This document shows, in pieces, positions 1-6,887 of a DNA stretch of 50,766 nucleotides. A program made the translations under genes and the position numbers. Source of the DNA: Alphaproteobacteria bacterium (GTDB lineage: Bacteria > Pseudomonadota > Alphaproteobacteria > CAAHEQ01 > UBA3637); NCBI GenBank assembly GCA_017457425.1, contig JAFTHM010000001.1, positions 1 to 50,766 of the forward strand. The letters run 5' to 3'. Each line of letters starts with the position of its first letter. The stretch's first letter is position 1. The notes beneath the pieces are model-generated. The model saw nothing but the letters and a program-made list of their open reading frames with translations. It searched no databases and had not been told where the DNA came from.

Positions 1-36
1 AAAAAAAAAGGATTGTGAGGGTAATCTCACAATCCT
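1..36 (-). terminator. Rho-independent terminator after ORF 35-430
   Basis: On the minus strand the TAG stop is followed by stem GGATTGTGAG / CTCACAATCC (loop ATTACC), then a run of 9 T (plus-strand A1-A9). Confidence 0.7.
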
Positions 37-430
37 ACTTTAAAAACCATTCTTTAATTTCTTTCCAAGAACCAACAAATAAAGGTTCCATAAAATCATT
101 TTCTTTACCCCAAACATCACCTTTACCATTCATAAAAGCATGTCCACTTTTTGGAGTTATGCAATAAAGAACATCACCAGTTTCAATATCGCAAATTTTA
201 AATTGATCATATAAATTTCCATTCATAGGGCAACAGTTCTTGAAAAACACATAAGTTTTTTCAGTATCAAATTTATTTGATTTGCTAATAGCTTTTAATT
301 TTTTTAATAGTGACCGGCCTTTATTCAATAAGGCTTTATCACTGCAAAACCAATCATACCAAAGACTTTTGATAAAATCGTCTGTTTGATGTGATTGTAA
401 TGTTTCTGAAATTGTCAATCTGTCTTTCAT
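35..430 (-). CDS. Hypothetical protein (131 aa), last gene of a two-gene cassette
   Basis: Intact ORF with an upstream RBS-like aaggaaacaaaca before the ATG. No motif recognised. Confidence 0.6.
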   Translation of the reverse strand: MKDRLTISETLQSHQTDDFIKSLWYDWFCSDKALLNKGRSLLKKLKAISKSNKFDTEKTYVFFKNCCPMNGNLYDQFKICDIETGDVLYCITPKSGHAFMNGKGDVWGKENDFMEPLFVGSWKEIKEWFLK

Positions 431-446
431 TGTTTGTTTCCTTTTC

Positions 447-662
447 TTATAAATAACATAAAATGTGGCTAGGGCTATTATCTAAAATGCCGAGGGCTTG
501 ACTTCTTGATTCACATTTGACTTTTTTATAATCATCCTCGCCTTTGCCACTTACAACAAGTGTATTATCGTGAAATAAAAAAGCAACCCAGTCATGGCCT
601 GATTCATAAACTTCACAATCATCTTCATTTCTTACAAATTTAAAACCAAATACATTTTTCAT
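447..662 (-). CDS. Hypothetical protein (71 aa from the RBS-supported ATG; the ORF extends to 683)
   Basis: AAGGAA lies 7 nt upstream of ATG 662. The ATG at 683 has no RBS. Confidence 0.5.
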   Translation of the reverse strand: MKNVFGFKFVRNEDDCEVYESGHDWVAFLFHDNTLVVSGKGEDDYKKVKCESRSQALGILDNSPSHILCYL

Positions 663-716
663 CTTACTGTTCCTTTTCTTCATTAAGGGCTGATCATCAT
701 CCCTTTCTATAATTAT

Positions 717-745
717 AGAATAACTCTTTTGGTAATAAATGTCAA
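717..745 (-). promoter_or_regulatory. Sigma-70-like promoter for the 662/430 cassette
   Basis: On the minus strand: TTGACA (740-745), 17-nt spacer, TATTCT (717-722). Confidence 0.45.
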
Positions 746-781
746 TAGATTTTTAGATAAAATCTAAAAAAATTTAGATTA
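745..781. promoter_or_regulatory. TTTAGAT operator cluster abutting the -35
   Basis: Palindrome TTTAGAT-AAA-ATCTAAA at 752-768, plus ATAGAT at 745-750 and TTTAGATTA at 773-781. The same layout recurs at 46822-46851. Confidence 0.5.
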
Positions 782-799
782 TTAAGCATTTATAAAGAA

Positions 800-826
800 A
801 GAGTTAGAGGTTTTCACTCTAACTCT
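800..826 (-). terminator. Terminator after the primase-helicase gene
   Basis: Stem AGAGTTAGAG / CTCTAACTCT with a 7-nt loop, directly after stop 833-835, followed on the minus strand by TTCTTTAT. Confidence 0.55.
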
Positions 827-832
827 AAAACA

Positions 833-2710
833 TTATTTCTTTACAAATACCCTTTGAACCTTACCGTCAACGGATTTTGGCTTAACTTCCAGATCAAAAC
901 GCCGTTTAACTTGTTTTGAAAACTCAATCTTAGACATTGGTTGACAGTTGTTTGTCAAACAGAATTCAGTATATTTCATATAAACGGATGTTGTCGTTTG
1001 ATTTTCAACAACCAAATCCTCATATTCTTTGAAGAATCCAATCAACGGATTGTTGCTTTCTTCATATTCTTCAAGCTCTTTTTGAACGATTGCCGATTCG
1101 CTGAACTCTTGATTTTCCAAGACCCGTTTTAATCCCTGAATACCTAAAAGAATGAGGTATTCAATATTTTCCGGCTCCCTCAATTCATATTTAATATATG
1201 GCCGGTAATCCGGATCATCCTTTGAGAATGTGGCATTAAACGGAATAATCACGAGTCGGCGTTGAACGGCCCCGGTTTTATCCTTAATTCTTGGAATGTC
1301 ATTGGCTGAGAATAACAACTTGGCATAGTTATTGAAATCAAACGGCCGCTCACCTTTCCGCTGAACCTGGATTCTATCGCCGGTTACAAGTTTTTTGAAT
1401 ACCGCCGAATTACCGATAAACTCATCACCAATATCATCACCAATATTGGCCAGTTTGCCAAACAACTCGGCATTTTGGAATTTCTCGTTGAGTTCCGACA
1501 AGTCAAGAGATGTTATGTTATCATCACCTAGAACCGTTTTAACCATGTCCAGGAACGTTGACTTACCGTTTGACTTGTTACCGGTCAACATAAACGATTT
1601 ACCCAGCTCATTCCTTCTAAAAAAGCAATATCCGATTGCTTCTTCAAGCAAGTTGCGAATCGTCTGATCATGACAAGCAAGTTTATTTAATGTGTTTTCA
1701 ACCAGCTCGGATTTAGCAGCGGGATTATAATTAAAGTTGATTTTATTCGTTATAATGAATTTATCCGAGAATGGCAACAATTCATCTTTAACAACGTCAT
1801 AAATGCCATTTTTAAACGCTATGTAATTGGCTGGCGACAAGTTCACACTATCACAAATCAAGATGTTTAAATAATCCAAAACTTCCGTCCGTTTGGCCCG
1901 GTTTAAGTTTGGAATATGCCGGATCATTTCCGATTCGATTTTTTCCCGTCCTTCAACATAAATACCGTCCTGGTAAATATGCAGCTGTTTGTTGATTTTC
2001 ACAATATGAGCGTTGTTTTTGATGAACTCGGCAAATTCATCAAATAAAAATGTTTTACCGGTTGCACCGCCAAAGAATGACTGTTTTTTAAATGCGTCAT
2101 CCCTCATGATCGTGTTAAGCTCTGATTTTTTCAACGGTTCAGCCAACACATATTTATTGATTATTTCCAGACATTCTCTTGACTCGTCAACGCTGAAACC
2201 GTTTCTTTGCAAGGTCAAAATGTATGTGAATAACTTTTGGTTTCTTCCTTCGCCGTTTTTCATATTCAGAAAATCGGCGTTTGATCTAACCGGAATGAAA
2301 AACTTTGGCACTTCCTGATAATCACCGGAATCATATAAAACTTCTCGCTCTTTACCGGCAAATTTTAAAATTGAATAGGCATTCCTTCCAACTTTCACAT
2401 CCGCCATTAAACCACACGCCAATTTAACACCCGTTCCACACTTTATGACAGTGTGATTTTTAAACATAATATGATAACCACGTGTTGTTTGATATACCCG
2501 ACACTTTAACTGTAAATCCTTAACTATTGTAAAAGCCGTTTGTGCCTGGGCCGAATCGTCAAAATCTAATAAAATTGATTCGCCATTCAAAACCCCCGCA
2601 AATTCCTCAAACCCCTTAACATCTTCATAACTGTTTAAATTCTCAACATCTTTGAATTTCCCCAAACATCTTTTATTTTTTGTTTTAACGTAACCTCTGA
2701 AAAAAACCAT
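833..2710 (-). CDS. DNA primase-helicase (AEP prim-pol N-terminus plus D5/P4-type SF3 helicase)
   Basis: Start set at ATG 2710, preceded by AAAGGAG. AEP motifs LLDFDD and TTRGYHIMF; Walker A GNKSNGKST; P4-family C-terminal layout. Confidence 0.85.
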   Translation of the reverse strand: MVFFRGYVKTKNKRCLGKFKDVENLNSYEDVKGFEEFAGVLNGESILLDFDDSAQAQTAFTIVKDLQLKCRVYQTTRGYHIMFKNHTVIKCGTGVKLACGLMADVKVGRNAYSILKFAGKEREVLYDSGDYQEVPKFFIPVRSNADFLNMKNGEGRNQKLFTYILTLQRNGFSVDESRECLEIINKYVLAEPLKKSELNTIMRDDAFKKQSFFGGATGKTFLFDEFAEFIKNNAHIVKINKQLHIYQDGIYVEGREKIESEMIRHIPNLNRAKRTEVLDYLNILICDSVNLSPANYIAFKNGIYDVVKDELLPFSDKFIITNKINFNYNPAAKSELVENTLNKLACHDQTIRNLLEEAIGYCFFRRNELGKSFMLTGNKSNGKSTFLDMVKTVLGDDNITSLDLSELNEKFQNAELFGKLANIGDDIGDEFIGNSAVFKKLVTGDRIQVQRKGERPFDFNNYAKLLFSANDIPRIKDKTGAVQRRLVIIPFNATFSKDDPDYRPYIKYELREPENIEYLILLGIQGLKRVLENQEFSESAIVQKELEEYEESNNPLIGFFKEYEDLVVENQTTTSVYMKYTEFCLTNNCQPMSKIEFSKQVKRRFDLEVKPKSVDGKVQRVFVKK

Positions 2711-2721
2711 GTTATCTCCTT

Positions 2722-3516
2722 TTACAATACTTGTTTTAATCTGTTTTCCGAATAAACACATTGACTTTCGCTTATCTCACTACCAATGAATTTTAAACCT
2801 AATTTTGCACACGCCACCGCGGTTGTTCCACTCCCCATGAAACTATCATAAACAATCGTATCTTGATTAATTGGAGCGTATATTTTTAGCAATTTCTCAC
2901 ACAATTCACTTGAATAAGTTGCTTTATTAAAAGGACATGGGCCATCATTATTTTTAGCTTCAACAATGTTGTATATGTTTTCATACATTTTTTGACCAGT
3001 CTTTCTAACCGATACAATTTTTTTATTACTGTGGAACGTTTTGAGTTCATCCTTTCTGCAAAATACAAATACAAATTCAGTCAATCGTGTCAATCTGTTA
3101 GAACTACAATTATTAGGTAATGCATTCGACTTTTTCCAGATAATACAATCAGCAACCGTGAAATCTGTTTGTGTTATGATCGAATTTAAAGCTCTAAACA
3201 TTCCCTCTGTATTTTCGTTACCATAAGAAATGTTGTATAAAACACACCCATTCTTTTTTAAAATACGATTGTATTCTTTGAATAATTTTATTGTAAACTC
3301 ACAATATTCATCATTACTCATCACATCACAATGAATGTCATATCTAACGTAATCATAATGACCCCGTTTAGATTGAGTGTTTAACAGTGTTTTTCTTTTC
3401 CCAGCTTTAATATTTGTGTTGTAAAATGGAGATGTTAATACAACATCAATCATATTGTCATTCATTTTCCCCATTGTTTCAAAACAATTCTCATTATGAA
3501 ATTTATTTATCAACAT
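2722..3516 (-). CDS. DNA methyltransferase, beta-class N4/N6 amino-MTase
   Basis: Motif IV-like TSPFY is N-terminal and motif I DSFMGSGTT is C-terminal. Confidence 0.8.
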   Translation of the reverse strand: MLINKFHNENCFETMGKMNDNMIDVVLTSPFYNTNIKAGKRKTLLNTQSKRGHYDYVRYDIHCDVMSNDEYCEFTIKLFKEYNRILKKNGCVLYNISYGNENTEGMFRALNSIITQTDFTVADCIIWKKSNALPNNCSSNRLTRLTEFVFVFCRKDELKTFHSNKKIVSVRKTGQKMYENIYNIVEAKNNDGPCPFNKATYSSELCEKLLKIYAPINQDTIVYDSFMGSGTTAVACAKLGLKFIGSEISESQCVYSENRLKQVL

Positions 3517-3528
3517 TTAATCTCCTTT

Positions 3529-5211
3529 TTATAAATCGCCCATGAATTGGCTTATTCTTCTTTTTGCCATATTTAAATAAAAATCTCTATCTAATTTTTC
3601 AGGAACCCCCATATTTTTCACATCATCATTGATAATGAAACAATTTGTTGACGTGTCCGCGAATTTTTCCGGATTACCTCCTTTCTTAACTTTATAAACC
3701 CCGCCATCCAATAAATCTTTACTAGCAAAAACCCGCAACGTTCGGTCATTCAGTTTTTTAATCCCATGCAACGCATACTCATAACCGGATGACACTTTAA
3801 CGATTTTTTGAAACTTGATCAACTCATTGCAATTAAGAATCGTTTCTTCAACCGGAACGCCTTTAACAAAGTAATTAATGACCGCTTCGTTTAAAATCGC
3901 ACAATCAAAATCAAGAGCATTTAATTTTTTCACATAGGCCCCTTTACTTTTGTATTTGCCATTTTTATCAACGATAATGTAGTTATTAACATCTTTTTGA
4001 ATTACTTTAACAAACTCGTCAAATTCAAGAACCATCCCGCTGCGTTGTTCCCATTCATGACAGATGTTTTCAACTTCTTCACGGTTGTTATGCAATTTTA
4101 CAAGAATACCATCCGTGTTAGATTGAACAATATCACAATGGTTTTCTAACTTTTCAATCAAATCCAAGAGCAACAGTTGACCGCCAACACAAACGTTATT
4201 CGCCTGGCGTGGATCATAAAGATTATTATATTTATCTTTCATTGCTCCATACGTGCCGTTCAAAACGATTTTAAGCGGGGCCTGTAACGGGTTTTTTTCA
4301 GCCTTATATTTTAACCGTTGATGATAAATTTCCTCATACAACTTTGGGTTGAGCATGTTACGACTTCCCCACCCGTATTTAATCATTAAACTTGGGTAAT
4401 AACTCGCAACGTCAACATTTAAAAACTGGCCGCTTTCAATGTAATTATTTCTGGCACCGTGCAAGCCACCCCATGCAAAGATATGAGGAACACCAGCAAC
4501 ATCTATTTCAAGCGACTTTTCATAATTCCGGTTGAGCGGGTTATCATACCATTGTTTAATGTGTTTGTATTTATTCAATTTCAAAGTATATGGATATTCA
4601 ATGTCAAATTCATCATCCCGAATTTGTTTTGAAGCGTTTAAAATCATAGCCGATAATTGAACCTTTGTTTTACTGATTAAATTAAGCGGCATTTTGAACG
4701 CTTTCAACATACTCATGTGAGCGTCAAATTCTTCTTTCCGCTGTAAAAATACCTTCATTGTTTGTTGCACGTCATGACGGCAATATTCTATTGATTCGGC
4801 AATTTCAGCAGCGGTTAATTTACGGTCAATCGTAAAGTCAACACTTGTTTCTTTGATATTATTTCCCATGAAACCTTCAAGAGTTTTCAAACCGTGGAAT
4901 GTGGTCATAATATCAAAAATATTTATATTGATGTTCCGGAATAAGTCCGAATATTGCCAACCCATTTTATCTTTAACAATGATCCAATCGTTCACGTCTT
5001 TTGGATTGAATCCCAACAAAACACCTTTGAAAATATACTGGTCATATTGCCGGATGTTATAGCCGACAAAAATCTCATTTTTATATTGCTCATAATATTT
5101 TTTTAATTTTCCAACATCATTGACAATAACAGTTTCCGTCCGTCTTTGTGGGTTGATGATCACACAAAGCCAGTCTTCTTTAAAAACCTCAAAGTCTATA
5201 AAATGCAGCAT
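3529..5211 (-). CDS. Family-B DNA polymerase with 3'-5' exonuclease (compact, 560 aa)
   Basis: Exo I FIDFEVF, Exo II YDQYIF, Exo III YCRHDV. Pol A DVASYYPS, Pol B KIVLNGTYGAM, Pol C SNTDGI. Confidence 0.85.
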   Translation of the reverse strand: MLHFIDFEVFKEDWLCVIINPQRRTETVIVNDVGKLKKYYEQYKNEIFVGYNIRQYDQYIFKGVLLGFNPKDVNDWIIVKDKMGWQYSDLFRNININIFDIMTTFHGLKTLEGFMGNNIKETSVDFTIDRKLTAAEIAESIEYCRHDVQQTMKVFLQRKEEFDAHMSMLKAFKMPLNLISKTKVQLSAMILNASKQIRDDEFDIEYPYTLKLNKYKHIKQWYDNPLNRNYEKSLEIDVAGVPHIFAWGGLHGARNNYIESGQFLNVDVASYYPSLMIKYGWGSRNMLNPKLYEEIYHQRLKYKAEKNPLQAPLKIVLNGTYGAMKDKYNNLYDPRQANNVCVGGQLLLLDLIEKLENHCDIVQSNTDGILVKLHNNREEVENICHEWEQRSGMVLEFDEFVKVIQKDVNNYIIVDKNGKYKSKGAYVKKLNALDFDCAILNEAVINYFVKGVPVEETILNCNELIKFQKIVKVSSGYEYALHGIKKLNDRTLRVFASKDLLDGGVYKVKKGGNPEKFADTSTNCFIINDDVKNMGVPEKLDRDFYLNMAKRRISQFMGDL

Positions 5212-5222
5212 TAAATCACCTC

Positions 5223-5876
5223 TTAAAATAAAAGCCCTTGGCGTTGATGATCTTCTAAACTTTTAACACTCGCTTTCCAATGGTCAAAATCTTTTTCAAC
5301 GCAAATGAACCGCCTTTTTAAATTATGGCACGCCCTGGCCGTTGTTCCTGATCCTGAAAACGGGTCAAGTATTAAATCCCCTTCTTTGGAATAATCCCTC
5401 AAAATCATACCGAATAAATCAGTCGGTTTTTGTGTTGGGTGTATTCTCTTTTCTTTATTCTTCATGTTTTGTTGCAACATACCGTTCCAGCGGAAAGTAT
5501 ATTTTCTAACCGCTGATTTAAAAGAAGTCCAGGCAAGCTCACAATCGGCAAAATCGCCGGTGTTTAACTTATCCCAAACAAGCCAACAGGGTGAATTTGT
5601 TAAATGCTCAACAAAATAATTACCGCCAAAGATTATTTGATTTTTAGAAACCCTGATTATTTCATTGAATATTTCCTTTGACGGTATGGATTTATCCCAA
5701 TCTTTGTTTCCATAATCAGTGGCCCGGCAAACATGATCCCTTGTTTTATTTTTACCGCAACTTTCACCGATTCCATACGGCGGATCGGTCAAAACCAAAT
5801 CAATACACTTGTCCGGTAATTGCTTCAATATGTCCAAACAATCGGCGTTTATAATTTTATTTATAAACTTGTCCAT
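5223..5876 (-). CDS. DNA N6-adenine (or N4) methyltransferase, beta class
   Basis: Motif IV TDPPYGI and motif I DPFSGSGTT. Confidence 0.85.
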   Translation of the reverse strand: MDKFINKIINADCLDILKQLPDKCIDLVLTDPPYGIGESCGKNKTRDHVCRATDYGNKDWDKSIPSKEIFNEIIRVSKNQIIFGGNYFVEHLTNSPCWLVWDKLNTGDFADCELAWTSFKSAVRKYTFRWNGMLQQNMKNKEKRIHPTQKPTDLFGMILRDYSKEGDLILDPFSGSGTTARACHNLKRRFICVEKDFDHWKASVKSLEDHQRQGLLF

Positions 5877-5897
5877 AATAAACCTTTCTTCAAATTA

Positions 5898-5923
5898 AAG
5901 GAGCGGTCATTAAACCGCTCCTT
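5898..5923 (-). terminator. Hairpin (possible attenuator) between DUF669-like gene and MTase
   Basis: Stem AAGGAGCGGT / ACCGCTCCTT with a 6-nt loop. The T-tract is weak. Confidence 0.35.
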
Positions 5924-5937
5924 GTTCAACATTTCAC

Positions 5938-6402
5938 TTAAAACGGTGCAGCGTCAAAAACTTTTTCAATTTTGAAAGTGTTATAGCCTTTGGCGTCTTT
6001 TGAATAGTTTAATTGATATTCAAATTTACCATCAATTTCACCCTTAATATCAGTGAGCAAACGGTTATATTGTGCAAAACTTTCAAATGTAACCGGAATT
6101 TCTGATAAACTTCTTAAAAATTCATTTGCTTTATGTAAACCAAAACCGTTATTAATTACCTGGTTCATGAAAATCAAACGCCCTTTGCATTTGTTAGATA
6201 AGATTTTAAACCAGCAACTAACCATTGGTTTTCCACTTGTTTTACTTAATGCCAATTCAAGTTTTTCAATCTTAACCTCATAAACATCATGTGGAACTTC
6301 ATCACTCGTTGAATCGTTGTTTTTAACCTGGTCTAAATCGTTTTTCAAACCCTCAGAATCAAATTGATTATCCCAATCCTCAAAGTTAAAAATATCAGTC
6401 AT
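5938..6402 (-). CDS. DUF669-like phage protein (possible ssDNA-binding partner of the AAA_24 ATPase)
   Basis: Pattern YEVKIEKLELALSKTSGKPMVSCWFKI..GRLIF, and position downstream of a Sak4-like ATPase. Confidence 0.5.
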   Translation of the reverse strand: MTDIFNFEDWDNQFDSEGLKNDLDQVKNNDSTSDEVPHDVYEVKIEKLELALSKTSGKPMVSCWFKILSNKCKGRLIFMNQVINNGFGLHKANEFLRSLSEIPVTFESFAQYNRLLTDIKGEIDGKFEYQLNYSKDAKGYNTFKIEKVFDAAPF

Positions 6403-6406
6403 AATT

Positions 6407-6643
6407 TTATTCTCCTTTCAAATCAAAATCAGCTTTATCAGCCGCAATGGCTTCATCAGAAACGTTTTCAATCGCTTCTTTTTTTAAATCGTCAATAATG
6501 CTTTGGTCTAAAACTTCAGTAACAATCGTGTCACCGATATAAACTGTGAACTCGTCAAATTCATCATCTTCAACGTAAACAGCAGCAACAACTCGCATTT
6601 CAACGTCATTGATGGTTTTATCAAATTCAGTATGTCTAATCAT
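6407..6643 (-). CDS. Highly acidic small protein (78 aa)
   Basis: Roughly one third of residues are D or E and very few are basic. Confidence 0.6.
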   Translation of the reverse strand: MIRHTEFDKTINDVEMRVVAAVYVEDDEFDEFTVYIGDTIVTEVLDQSIIDDLKKEAIENVSDEAIAADKADFDLKGE

Positions 6644-6645
6644 TT

Positions 6646-6873
6646 TTACTCCAAGGCTAAAAGTTTTTTATATTCATCTCGTAAAAATTCAGCCTCAGCC
6701 CTATCGGCAGGTGTCATTTTACGCAAATTTAAAACTTGTCGCATTGCTTTAACATCAAAACCTTGACCTTTGGCTTCGGAAAAAATTTCCCGAATATCAG
6801 CTTTAAGTTCGTTCACGTCCTTTTGAATTCTTTCAATGCGTTCAATATACGAGGCTAATCTTAAGTTTTCCAT
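6646..6873 (-). CDS. GapR-like / DUF2312 DNA-binding protein
   Basis: IERIERI...EIFSEAKGQGFDVKAMRQVLNLRK...E...L.DEY matches the DUF2312 (GapR) core as I recall it. Confidence 0.7.
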   Translation of the reverse strand: MENLRLASYIERIERIQKDVNELKADIREIFSEAKGQGFDVKAMRQVLNLRKMTPADRAEAEFLRDEYKKLLALE

Positions 6874-6887
6874 TGTTCACTCCCTTC

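Larger units (their letters stand above)
1..3888. repeat. Left copy of a 3,888-bp direct repeat that runs to the window edge (overlapping ends of one 46,878-bp genome)
   Basis: Every ORF in 35-3516 reappears with identical translation at +46,878. The nucleotide lines I compared (1-60 vs 46879-46938, 3883-3888 vs 50761-50766) are identical. Confidence 0.9.

Noticed and set aside
941-2318. Plus-strand ORFs of 60-110 aa inside long minus-strand genes. This range holds three; others are at 4853-5062, 7323-7617, 19673-20716, 23753-24153 and 35664-36155.
   Set aside because: They lie antisense to genes with clear motifs, have low-complexity or Ser/Phe/Leu-rich translations, and lack an RBS. They are typical shadow ORFs of an AT-rich genome.
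3529-5211. Phi29-like protein-primed replication, suggested by the small PolB.
   Set aside because: I could recognise no terminal-protein gene or inverted terminal repeats. The genome closes on itself and encodes a primase-helicase.
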